From the NCBI GenBank assembly GCA_004297985.1, contig SCRA01000032.1:1851-65850 (forward strand): a DNA stretch of 64,000 bases, written 5' to 3'. The notes beneath the pieces are model-generated. The model worked only from the letters and a program-made list of their open reading frames with translations, was not told the origin of the DNA and searched no databases. The DNA is from a bacterium. GTDB taxonomy: Bacteria > Vulcanimicrobiota > Vulcanimicrobiia > Vulcanimicrobiales > SCRA01. Shown here piece by piece: positions 1 to 8,554 of the stretch; positions within the stretch are counted from its first letter, which is position 1, and each line of letters opens with the position of its first letter. Both the position numbers and the translations under genes were made by a program.

Positions 1-100
1 AGGATATGCTTCATTCTATCCACGAGCGCAGCAGCGAGGAGGTTCCAGATGGTCCGAAGCGGAGGGCCTTCCGGGCCGCTACGCGGCGGCGTTCGACCCA

Positions 101-976
101 TCACGCGCCTGGAGCTCGGCGGCGCGCCATCGGCGGATCTTCGAGCGCGGCGACCATCGCTGCCGGAGCGGCACGTTCGATGACGCGGCAGGGCCAGCGG
201 CGCGCGAGAGCCATCGCCTCGACGATGCGATCGCCCCCGCAACCGCCGGTGAGCATCGAGCGCGCAAGGCGAACGGCGCAGGCGGTGGGATCGCCGGCCA
301 CGGGCTCGTCGCCCGCGCAGCCGAGGAACACGATCTCGCGAAGCGCGGCACCGGCGCCCCAAACCCGGCGGTCGAAGAGCCGATCGAGATCGACGCCGTG
401 GTACGTCACGCCGGCACGCCCCGCCCACTCCACGCGCAAAGCGTCATCGAGCGCCGCCGCGTCGTAGGTGCCCAAGAGATCCAATGCTTGTGAGCGCAAC
501 AAGGGATACTTGGGATAGGCTCGAACGCGGCCGCTCGCGCGATCGATCACCACGTACTCGTCGGCGAGCATCTTCCATCCCGCGGCGACGGCGCAGAGCG
601 CCAGCGTCGTCTTCCCCGCCGTTGGTGCGCCGACCAACGCCACCGCCCACGCCCCGCGCGCCACCGCCGCGCCGCGCACTGCCGTGACGCGACGCTCGAG
701 CAGGAAGCCCCAAGCGACGAGGGCCTGCATCGCCTCCAGAGCCCCCTCGACGCTGGTCACGTCACCCCAATGCGGGAGGATGCGCTCGGCGCCGCCGCCG
801 ACGAAGACGCCGCCGCGGATCCGCGCCCAGCCCGTCGCATCATCCGGCTCGCTCAGCAGACGGCCGTAGACGCGCTCGGCGACGTCCCGCACCACGGTCC
901 GATCCGTGCGCAGGCCCACGGTGCCGTCGACGATGCGCAGGCAGATCGCGTACTCACCGTCGGCCGCGGCGTTCAC
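101..976 (-). CDS. HPr kinase/phosphorylase-like P-loop kinase (paralog 2 of a tandem pair)
   Basis: Walker A GAPTAGKTTLA is followed by MLADEYVVID, the GxxGxGK(S/T)...(A/S)D(D/E) layout of the HprK C-terminal domain. The GTG start overlaps the stop of the upstream paralog (GTGA at 973-976). Confidence 0.7.
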   Translation of the reverse strand: MNAAADGEYAICLRIVDGTVGLRTDRTVVRDVAERVYGRLLSEPDDATGWARIRGGVFVGGGAERILPHWGDVTSVEGALEAMQALVAWGFLLERRVTAVRGAAVARGAWAVALVGAPTAGKTTLALCAVAAGWKMLADEYVVIDRASGRVRAYPKYPLLRSQALDLLGTYDAAALDDALRVEWAGRAGVTYHGVDLDRLFDRRVWGAGAALREIVFLGCAGDEPVAGDPTACAVRLARSMLTGGCGGDRIVEAMALARRWPCRVIERAAPAAMVAALEDPPMARRRAPGA

Positions 977-1905
977 GGCGTGCGCGCGCTATCGAACCAG
1001 GTCTCCAGGGCGTCGGCGGTCTCCAGCGGTGAGCCGGGGCGCACCAGCGAGACCCGCACGCCACGCAGCGCCGAAGCCAGCTTCGCCAGACCCGTCAGCA
1101 GATCGCCGCTCTTCCAGACCAGCGTCTGAAACTCGGGAATCAGGCTCCACGGATCGCATTCGGTGACCTGCGGCCGCTCCGCGCGCTCTGCCTCCAGCAG
1201 CGCGACCGCGCGCAGGTGGGCGCCGCTCGCCCACGCCTGCTCGCCGTAGCTCAGCGCGGGGTCGATCGCATAGAAGCCCAGTCCGTCGTTGGCCGCGCCG
1301 TACCACGGCGATTGCTCCACGGAGCGCCGGAACGACGATGGGAGCAGCGGGATCACGCCGGAGCGCAGGTACATCAGTTTCTGATAGGGGACCAGACGCC
1401 CGCTGATCGGCTCCACGAAGGCGTACTCGTCGGAGAGCATGCGCCAACCACGAGAGAGGAGGTGCGTGGCCACCGTCGACTTCCCAGCGAAGCCGCGTCC
1501 CGCCACCGCTAGTGCTTCGCCGTCGCGCTCGAGCACGGCGGCATGGATGATCAGAAATTTCGAGCGCGCCGCTACCTCGCTGATGATGGAGTTTGCCACC
1601 TCCATCGCCAGCCATCCGCCGCCGCCTGCCCGCGCGTCCAAGATGCGCGGCTGGTCGGAGAGCGTCTCGTCGATCATCCAACCGTTTGCGTCGTGCCGGA
1701 TCGCGATCGTCGCCGCGCTGCCCTCATCCGCGGGGACCCGGGGCAGACGCGAGAAGGCACGTTCGAGCGAGGCGATGGCCTTCTTCGGCCCACGCACCTC
1801 GATGTCGACATCGGCGACGCGGTAGCGGACCGAGACAGTTGGCTCCCGATAGGCCCCGGAGCCCTGCTGCGCATCGAACTCCGCGGTCTGGTAGTGGATC
1901 GCCAT
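973..1905 (-). CDS. HPr kinase/phosphorylase-like P-loop kinase (paralog 1)
   Basis: Walker A GRGFAGKSTVA is followed by MLSDEYAFVE. I moved the start from the track M at 1941 to ATG 1905 (MAIHYQ...), which has a GGGGAGAGAG Shine-Dalgarno about 5 nt upstream. Confidence 0.7.
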   Translation of the reverse strand: MAIHYQTAEFDAQQGSGAYREPTVSVRYRVADVDIEVRGPKKAIASLERAFSRLPRVPADEGSAATIAIRHDANGWMIDETLSDQPRILDARAGGGGWLAMEVANSIISEVAARSKFLIIHAAVLERDGEALAVAGRGFAGKSTVATHLLSRGWRMLSDEYAFVEPISGRLVPYQKLMYLRSGVIPLLPSSFRRSVEQSPWYGAANDGLGFYAIDPALSYGEQAWASGAHLRAVALLEAERAERPQVTECDPWSLIPEFQTLVWKSGDLLTGLAKLASALRGVRVSLVRPGSPLETADALETWFDSARTP

Positions 1906-2024
1906 GCTCTCTCCCCTCACATGCGAGCGTATGACTAGCATGCCCGATCCGGAGGGCTCAGGACCAGCGGCGGAAGGCCTAGGTCCGCGTCCCGTTGGTC
2001 ACCCCGACCATCATCCCAAAGTCC

Positions 2025-3056
2025 TCAACTCCAGATGCGCTTGCGCACTTGGTCGAGGATCAACGCGAGCAGGATCACCGCTCCCAGAGCGATGTCCTGC
2101 GTGTAGCTCTCGACGTTTGCCAAGTTCATCACGTTGTTCAGCACGCCGATCAGCAGAGCGCCCACGAAGGTGCCCGCGATGGTTCCGGACCCGCCGAAAA
2201 GGCTGGTTCCCCCCACCACCACCGCCGCGATCACCGTCAGCTCGAAGCCGAAGCCCGTCTGCGGTGAGCCGGACTGGAAGCGCGCCATCAAGAGCAGACT
2301 AGCGATGGCGGCGCAGATGCCGCTGATGACGTACACCGCCGTGATCACTCGGCGGTTCGGGATCCCCGCCAGGCGCGCCGCCTCGATGTTTCCGCCGATC
2401 GCGTAGACGTAACGGCCGAAGCGCGTTCGGGCCAGGACCACTCCCGAAACGATCAGCACCACCGCCATCCACAGCACCGCTACCGGGATGCCCGGAAGCT
2501 TGAAGAGATGGCCGAGGCCCTGCAGCGTGAAGCCGATGCCGATCGTGTTGAAGGCGTCACTGTTGACGGGAATGGGCCGCCCATGGGAGAGCTTGTAGGC
2601 CAGGCCGCGCGCCATCAGCATCATCGCCAACGTCGTGATGAACGGCGGGAGGCCGAGCCGCACGACGGGGAGCGCGTTGACGAAGCCCGCGAAGCCGCCA
2701 ACCAAGGCTCCGACCACCAGCACGGCAGCCACGAGAGCAACTCCGTGGAACGGGAGGGCGTTGGCTGCCATCGCCATCACCACGCCGCAGAGCGAAACCA
2801 ACGAGCCGACCGAGAGATCGATGCCGGCGGTGATGATGACGAACGTCTGCCCCGCCGCGAGGATGGCGTTATAGGTGATCTGCCGAAGGACGTTGATCAG
2901 GTTGCCGGGATCGAGGAAAGCGCCCCGCGTGAAGTAGGCAACCAGCGCCAGCAGCACCACCAGTACCGCAGCCACCACAGCGTAGCGAATCCACGCACGC
3001 ACCGCCGCGCTGCGCGCGCGCTGCTCGATGGCTTTGCCGTCTATCGTCGTTCCCAC
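2025..3056 (-). CDS. Sugar ABC transporter permease (ribose/AraH-type, BPD_transp_2 family)
   Basis: 343-aa polytopic protein with typical RbsC-family sequence (ITAGIDLSVGS, ARLAGIP). It is the last gene of the ABC operon. Confidence 0.9.
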   Translation of the reverse strand: MGTTIDGKAIEQRARSAAVRAWIRYAVVAAVLVVLLALVAYFTRGAFLDPGNLINVLRQITYNAILAAGQTFVIITAGIDLSVGSLVSLCGVVMAMAANALPFHGVALVAAVLVVGALVGGFAGFVNALPVVRLGLPPFITTLAMMLMARGLAYKLSHGRPIPVNSDAFNTIGIGFTLQGLGHLFKLPGIPVAVLWMAVVLIVSGVVLARTRFGRYVYAIGGNIEAARLAGIPNRRVITAVYVISGICAAIASLLLMARFQSGSPQTGFGFELTVIAAVVVGGTSLFGGSGTIAGTFVGALLIGVLNNVMNLANVESYTQDIALGAVILLALILDQVRKRIWS

Positions 3057-3069
3057 GCTCGCCTCGCCT

Positions 3070-4578
3070 CTATGCCGCGCCGTGCGCCGTCGTCGCCAAG
3101 GACATCACCCGCTCCCGCGTCGCCTCCTCGCGCGTGAGTACGCCGGCGATCGTACCGTCGCGCACGACGACGATACGGTGCGACATGCCCAGCACCTCGG
3201 GGAGCTCGCTCGATACCATCACCACGGCCGCCCCCTGCTTCGACAGCTCCACCATCAACTCGTAGATCTCCGACTTGGCGCCCACATCGATGCCGCGCGT
3301 CGGCTCGTCGAAGAGAAAGAGACGTGCCCGCTCGGTGAGCCACTTGGCAAGCACCACCTTCTGCTGGTTTCCTCCGGAGAGGTTACGCGCCCGTTGCTCG
3401 ATGGAAGGCGTGCGGATGCGCAGCTCTTGCACCAGGCCGCGCGTAGCTCTCCGCTCGCCGACGCGGTCCACGAAGCCAAAGCGACGCGAGAAGAGCTCCA
3501 GGTGCGGCAGCGAGACATTCTCGCGGATGCTCATATCGAGCACGAGCCCCTGTCCTTTGCGATCCTCCGTTACCAGCGCGATGCCCGCGGCGATGGTATC
3601 GCGCGGTCCGCGGGCGTGCAGGGGCTTGCCGTCGATCAACACCTCGCCGCCGCTGGGAACGTCGGCGGCGGCGATGGCGCGTACGATCTCGGTGCGCCCC
3701 GCACCGACCAAGCCAGCCATGCCCAGAATCTCTCCGGCGTGCGCCTCGAACGAGACGCCGCGTACCGCGTTTCCGCTGCGCAAGTCGCGCACGGAAAGGA
3801 CGACGGGCGCGGTGGGGTCGAGCGGCGGGAGAGACGGATAGTACTGATCCATCTCGCGCCCCACCATCAGCCGGATCATCTCGTGTTGAGGCAACTCGGC
3901 CACCCTTCCCCCGCCTACCACGCGCCCATCGCGCAGCACGGTGATGCGGTCGGCGATGCGCGGCAGCTCCTCGAGCCGGTGCGAGATGTAGACGATCCCG
4001 ACGCCCCGCTCGCGCAGCACTCGGATCGTCTCGAAGAGATGGTCGATCTCGCGGTCGGTCAGCGCCGCCGTAGGCTCGTCCATCACCAGCACGCGCGCCT
4101 TGCGCACCAGCGCCTTGGCGATCTCCACCATCTGCTGCTGTGCCACGGCCAGGCGCCCGACGGGCCTCGTCAACGGCAACTCGAGGCCCAACTGCTTGAC
4201 GGCGGCGGCCGCCACGGCGCGCGCTGCGCCGCCGTCGAGCCAGCCGCCGGCTCGCACCGGCTCGCGGCCGAGCATCACGTTGGCGGCCACGTCGAGCTGC
4301 GGGACGAGATTGAACTCCTGGTAGATCATGGCGATGCCGTAGCGCTCGGCATCGCGAGGGCCGGCTATCTGCACCGCTTTGCCGTCGATCACGATCTCCC
4401 CGGCATCGGCGGGCTGCGCGCCGGCGAGAATCTTCATAAGCGTCGACTTGCCCGCGCCGTTCTCACCTACCAGCGCGTGGACTTCCCCAGCGCGGATCTC
4501 GAACGAGACGCCGTCGAGTGCCCGCACGCCGGGGAAGGACTTGGAGATGCCGCGCATCTCCAGCAGGGGTGCGGCCAC
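3070..4578 (-). CDS. Sugar ABC transporter ATP-binding protein (two NBDs, RbsA-like)
   Basis: Contains GENGAGKST and a second Walker A GLVGAGRTE, plus the signature LSGGNQQK. The track ORF is over-extended: the GTG at 4578 (VAAPLLEMRGISKSF) lies 17 nt after the upstream stop. Confidence 0.9.
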   Translation of the reverse strand: MAAPLLEMRGISKSFPGVRALDGVSFEIRAGEVHALVGENGAGKSTLMKILAGAQPADAGEIVIDGKAVQIAGPRDAERYGIAMIYQEFNLVPQLDVAANVMLGREPVRAGGWLDGGAARAVAAAAVKQLGLELPLTRPVGRLAVAQQQMVEIAKALVRKARVLVMDEPTAALTDREIDHLFETIRVLRERGVGIVYISHRLEELPRIADRITVLRDGRVVGGGRVAELPQHEMIRLMVGREMDQYYPSLPPLDPTAPVVLSVRDLRSGNAVRGVSFEAHAGEILGMAGLVGAGRTEIVRAIAAADVPSGGEVLIDGKPLHARGPRDTIAAGIALVTEDRKGQGLVLDMSIRENVSLPHLELFSRRFGFVDRVGERRATRGLVQELRIRTPSIEQRARNLSGGNQQKVVLAKWLTERARLFLFDEPTRGIDVGAKSEIYELMVELSKQGAAVVMVSSELPEVLGMSHRIVVVRDGTIAGVLTREEATRERVMSLATTAHGAA

Positions 4579-4594
4579 CGGTTCCGGCAAGGAA

Positions 4595-5563
4595 CTACTG
4601 CGCGTCGGCCTGGGTGAAGGTGCCCACCGGGACCGCGATCGCCTTCTCGGGATGCACGCCGTCGAAGTAGCCGTGAATGGCGCCGATGGTGAGCTTACCG
4701 ATCTGGTCGGGATGCTGGATGGCATCGCCGTACATCGTTCCCGCCTTGATCGCTGCTCGCGCCTCGGCCGTGGCGTCGTAGCCAACGATCGCCACCTTCC
4801 CAGCCTTTCCGGCGGCCTGCACGGACTTCATGGCGCCCAGCGCCGAGTCGTCGTTGATGCCGAAGATGCCGGAGAGGTGCGGGTTGCGCTGCAGGAGATC
4901 GTCGGCCACGGAACTCGCCTTCGTTCGCTGGCCTCCGGCGGTGATGTCGGCCACCACCTTCACCTCCGGGCAATCCTTGGCAAGCTGTTCCTTGAAGCCT
5001 TTGACGCGATCCTGGACGCTCGTGATCTCGGGCTCGTCGATGATCGCAACGGTGGGATTGCTCTTGCCCTTGAGCGCCCGGCACATCAGCTTCCCAGCCT
5101 CCATGCCGCCCTGCACGTTGTTCGAGGCGATGTGCGCGACCACGGCGCCCTGCTTCGACGCGCTAGCGATATCGGCGGTGAAGACGGGAATCTTCGCGTT
5201 GTTGGCCTCGACGATGGCGCTCCCGATGGCCGTGGAGTCATACGGTGTGAGGACGATCGCATCGACCTTTTGAGAGATGAAGTCCTCGACTTGCGACTGC
5301 TGCTTGCTGTTATCGCGGTTGGCATCGACGACGCGCAGCGAGTAGCCGTAATGCTTGGCCTCCTCGCGCATGCCGGACTCCATCGACTGGTAGAACTGCG
5401 CCTCGCGATCTTGGATGGAGACGCCGATGACCTTGCCCCCTGCCGCCGCGGTCGCCTCCGGCGAGGCTTGCGAGCCGGAGGAGGCGCTGTTGGAGCTCTG
5501 CGAGGAGCAGCCGCCGAGCATGATCAGAGCCAGCGCAAGCGCGATTCGCTTTCGTGCGTACAA
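4595..5563 (-). CDS. Sugar ABC substrate-binding lipoprotein (type I periplasmic binding fold, RbsB-like)
   Basis: Lipobox LALALIMLGGCSS follows a TTG start at 5563, preceded by an AGGAGAGAGGA SD. The body is typical of the ribose-binding-protein family. Confidence 0.85.
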   Translation of the reverse strand: MYARKRIALALALIMLGGCSSQSSNSASSGSQASPEATAAAGGKVIGVSIQDREAQFYQSMESGMREEAKHYGYSLRVVDANRDNSKQQSQVEDFISQKVDAIVLTPYDSTAIGSAIVEANNAKIPVFTADIASASKQGAVVAHIASNNVQGGMEAGKLMCRALKGKSNPTVAIIDEPEITSVQDRVKGFKEQLAKDCPEVKVVADITAGGQRTKASSVADDLLQRNPHLSGIFGINDDSALGAMKSVQAAGKAGKVAIVGYDATAEARAAIKAGTMYGDAIQHPDQIGKLTIGAIHGYFDGVHPEKAIAVPVGTFTQADAQ

Positions 5564-5565
5564 GG

Positions 5566-6765
5566 CTATCCTCTCTCCTGAACGGCGGCGAGGCCACGCC
5601 GCAGGTCGTCGATGATGTCGTCGCTGCACTCGATGCCGCACGAGAGGCGCAGCAGGCTCTCGGTGACGCCGAGCGCGTCGCGCTCGGCGGCGGGGATGCC
5701 GCGGTGCGAGCTTGCCACGCTATACGAGACGGTGGTGCCGACTTCGCCGAGGCTATGCACCACCTCGATCATGCGCAGCCCTTTGATGAAGGCGTCGACG
5801 GCGGCGCGGCCGTCCGACAGTTCGAAGGAGAGCATCCCACCGCAGCCCCGCGGGAAGAGGCGAGCGGCCGCCTCGTGCTGCGGATGCGAAGGCAGACTGG
5901 GATGGTGGACGCGCGTGACGGCAGGGGCGGCACCGGCCAGGAAGGCGGCGGCGGCTTCGGCGTTGCGCGAGTGACGTTCCATGCGCAGGGCCAGCGTGCG
6001 GAGGCCGCGGTGGGCTAGCCACGCCTCGAAATGCGGGATCGTCGCGCCGGTGCGCACGAGATAGGTGCGCGCGGCGTCGATGAGAACACGGCTCCCCACA
6101 AGGACGCCGGCGCCGACGTCGCCGTGGCCGCCGAGGTACTTCGTGACGCTGTGGACGACGAGATCGGCGCCGTGATCGAGCGCGTGGAAGAGCGCGGGAG
6201 AGGCGAACGTCGCGTCGACGACCACTAGCGCGCCCGCCTCGTGGGCCAGACTCACGGCCTGCTCCAGCGCGGGAATGCGCATCAGCGGATTGGTCAGCGC
6301 CTCGAGGTAGACGACCTTCGTCCGCCCCGGGCTGATCGCTGCGCGTAGCGCCTGAGGGTCGCAGGCGTCGACGAAGGTGCTCTCGATGCCGCGCCCCGGA
6401 AAGTCCTTGGTGACGATGGCATGGGTGCCGCCATAGACGTCGCGCGTGACCACTGCGTGGTCCCCGGCCTTGAGGTTCGTGAAAAAGGCAGCACAGATCG
6501 CCGCCATTCCGCTGGCGGCGCCGACGCCGTCCTCGGCCCCTTCGAGCTCCGCGACGGCGCGGGCGAAGGCCTCGCCATTGGGCCCGCCGTAGCGCCAGTA
6601 GATCTTGCCGGGCTTGGTACCGCCGTAGATCGCCTCGACGTCGTCGAGATCTTCGAAGACGTATGCCGATGCCTGGTAGAGCGGGGGCGAAACGGGGGCG
6701 TTGCACGGAGCCGTCATGGCACCGGCATGAACGGCGAGCGTATCGATGCGTCGAGAGTCGTCCAT
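5566..6765 (-). CDS. Cys/Met-metabolism PLP-dependent enzyme (cystathionine gamma-synthase / methionine gamma-lyase family)
   Basis: MDDSRRIDTLAVHAG start and PLP-lysine motif SVTKYLGGHGD. About 399 aa counted from ATG 6765. The upstream 240 aa of track ORF 5566..7491 are antisense to the antiporter gene. Confidence 0.85.
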   Translation of the reverse strand: MDDSRRIDTLAVHAGAMTAPCNAPVSPPLYQASAYVFEDLDDVEAIYGGTKPGKIYWRYGGPNGEAFARAVAELEGAEDGVGAASGMAAICAAFFTNLKAGDHAVVTRDVYGGTHAIVTKDFPGRGIESTFVDACDPQALRAAISPGRTKVVYLEALTNPLMRIPALEQAVSLAHEAGALVVVDATFASPALFHALDHGADLVVHSVTKYLGGHGDVGAGVLVGSRVLIDAARTYLVRTGATIPHFEAWLAHRGLRTLALRMERHSRNAEAAAAFLAGAAPAVTRVHHPSLPSHPQHEAAARLFPRGCGGMLSFELSDGRAAVDAFIKGLRMIEVVHSLGEVGTTVSYSVASSHRGIPAAERDALGVTESLLRLSCGIECSDDIIDDLRRGLAAVQERG

Positions 6766-6888
6766 CGTCAAGCGAGCGGGTTCGTGGGCTTTCCAGCAGG
6801 TGCCTGCCTCGATTGCGGGGATGGCGTCGACCGGCGCAGTAGACGAAACCTTGGTAAGATACGCGTACGGGGAAGGTGGGCGGTACGT

Positions 6889-8544
6889 GTGAATGCGACG
6901 ATCTCGTTCCTCGCCGACCTGACCGCCGCACTGGTAGCGGCGACGGCCGGCGGCGCGCTCGCACGCGCGTTGCGCATTACGCCCATCATGGGCTATCTGG
7001 TCGCCGGCGTCGCGATCGGGCCCTTCTCGCCGGGATACATCGCGCGCGGCGACACCTTCTCGGGGCTCTCCGAGCTGGGACTGATCTTCCTCCTCTTCAG
7101 TCTGGGACTGGGATTCTCCGTGCACGACCTGCGCAGCGCCGGATGGTGGCCGATGGCCGCCAACCTCGGGCTGATGGCGTTCTTCGCCGGCGTGGGATGG
7201 GCGCTCGCGCGCGCGCTCGGCTTCGCCCATCCCGCGACGCTCGGGCTGGCGTTCACGCTCTCCAGCACGGCGATCGGCGTCGCGCTGCTGCAGGAGTTCG
7301 GCCTCCACGAGAGGCGCATCGGCCACCTCGCACTGGCGTTGCTCATCGTCCAAGATCTCGTTGCCGTGGTACTGCTCGTCGTGACAGCGGCACCGGCGAC
7401 GAGTTTGAGTCTCGCCGGCGTGACGCTGCCGCTGGTGAAGGCCGCTGCCTTCGTCGCCATCGCACTGATCATCGGGGCGACGCTGCTCCATCGCTTGGTG
7501 ATCACCGTCCTTCGGCGCGCGCCCACCGACTCGCTGGTGGGCGTCTTCTCAGCGATCGCGCTCGTGGCCGCGTGGCTGGGCCATCTCGCGGGGCTCTCCT
7601 TCGAGTTCGGCGCGTTCGTAGCGGGCGCCGTGACCTCCGAGGCCGCTGGGGGACGCATGGCGCAGACAATCGTGGCGCCGTTCCGCGAGCTCTTCGTGAT
7701 GATCTTCTTCGTCTCGGTCGGCATGCTCTTCGACGTCAAATCGGTGATCGAGCATTGGCGGGCGGTGCTCTTGCTCGGTGCCGTGCTGGCCGCCGTGCGC
7801 TTGGCCGGATGGGGCGCTCTCGGGCGCGCGATGGGCTGGAGGCGCGGCGCGGCAGTTGCCTTCGGCATCGCGATGCTGCCGCTCGGCGAGTTCAACATCG
7901 TGCTCGCCAGTGCCGCGCAAGCGGCGCACCGCCTCGATCGGGCCGAGACGGCATCGTTCATCGGCGTCGCATTCGCATCGATCCTGCTGGCGGCCGTCCT
8001 GGCGCGCCTTGCAAAGATGACGACCTTCGCCGCCGACGCCGAGGTCGTCGCGAGCGGGCACTTCCACGAGCCGCCCGATGTGCTCATCATCGGATACGGC
8101 CGCGTCGGGCGAACGACTGCGGCGATCCTTCGTCAGGCGGGGGCCTCGCTGGGCGTGATCGAGATCGAACGCGATCTCGCGCGCCTGGCGCGCGAAGAGG
8201 GTGCGGAGGTGATTCGCGGCAACGGCAGCGACCCGCGACTCTTGGATCAGGTGCTATCCTCCGGGACGAAACTCGTCGTGACCACGATTCCCGATTCGCG
8301 CGCCAACGCCGCCATCGCACGCCGCATCTCCGCTTTGAGCCAGGCACGCATCATCGCACGCGCAAGCCGCGCGCGTGACGTCGGAGAAGTGCAGACTGCC
8401 GGGGCGTTGCTGGCGCTGGTGCCGGAGGCAGAGGGTGCGCTGGCCTTTGCCGAGGTAGCGTTGGGCGAGTTGGGCGTCGACCGCGGCGTCATCGACGAGC
8501 TGATTGCGCGCGCGCGCTCGGCGCCTCCGCGAGCGCGCGGTTGA
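6889..8544 (+). CDS. Cation:proton antiporter (CPA2/Kef-type) with C-terminal RCK (TrkA-N) domain
   Basis: GTG 6889 follows a GGAAGGTGG SD. The N-terminus ITPIMGYLVAGVAIGP is typical of the Na_H_exchanger family, and the C-terminal VLIIGYGRVGR is a Rossmann motif. Confidence 0.85.
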   Translation: MNATISFLADLTAALVAATAGGALARALRITPIMGYLVAGVAIGPFSPGYIARGDTFSGLSELGLIFLLFSLGLGFSVHDLRSAGWWPMAANLGLMAFFAGVGWALARALGFAHPATLGLAFTLSSTAIGVALLQEFGLHERRIGHLALALLIVQDLVAVVLLVVTAAPATSLSLAGVTLPLVKAAAFVAIALIIGATLLHRLVITVLRRAPTDSLVGVFSAIALVAAWLGHLAGLSFEFGAFVAGAVTSEAAGGRMAQTIVAPFRELFVMIFFVSVGMLFDVKSVIEHWRAVLLLGAVLAAVRLAGWGALGRAMGWRRGAAVAFGIAMLPLGEFNIVLASAAQAAHRLDRAETASFIGVAFASILLAAVLARLAKMTTFAADAEVVASGHFHEPPDVLIIGYGRVGRTTAAILRQAGASLGVIEIERDLARLAREEGAEVIRGNGSDPRLLDQVLSSGTKLVVTTIPDSRANAAIARRISALSQARIIARASRARDVGEVQTAGALLALVPEAEGALAFAEVALGELGVDRGVIDELIARARSAPPRARG

Positions 8545-8554
8545 CACGCCGGCA

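Noticed and set aside
49-183. 44-aa plus-strand ORF with a strong GAGGAGG SD 6 nt upstream, antisense to the 3' end of the second kinase.
   Set aside because: - The product (MVRSGGPSGPLRGGVRPITRLELGG...) is Gly/Arg/Pro-rich with no features.
- The SD-like string is most simply the complement of coding or spacer sequence.
- I cannot exclude it without expression data.
3028-4617. 529-aa plus-strand ORF spanning the ABC ATPase locus. Similar long ORFs occur at 4379..5581, 9713..11029, 17369..19669, 33869..34984, 42463..43701, 43673..45469, 54978..56222, 56033..57394, 60575..61564 and 61251..62492.
   Set aside because: - All lie antisense or out of frame to genes with clear family motifs.
- Their products are Arg/Ala/Gly/Pro-rich low-complexity strings with no motifs.
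- This is the expected stop-codon-poor shadow of a very GC-rich genome.
6766-6888. Possible SAM or other riboswitch upstream of the Cys/Met PLP enzyme, and a T-box or leader upstream of argS (29420..29499).
   Set aside because: - The spacers are short (123 and 80 nt).
- They lack the conserved cores I know for SAM-I/II or T-box elements.
- They look like ordinary divergent or simple promoters.
6766-7491. N-terminal extensions of track ORFs. Examples: 5566..7491; 45333..47267 upstream of 46931; 42625..44031 upstream of 43848; 32251..33741 upstream of 33336; 23872..25410 upstream of 25230; 3070..4785 upstream of 4578.
   Set aside because: - The extensions are Arg-rich junk overlapping neighbouring genes.
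- Internal starts with SD sequences give proteins of the normal family length.
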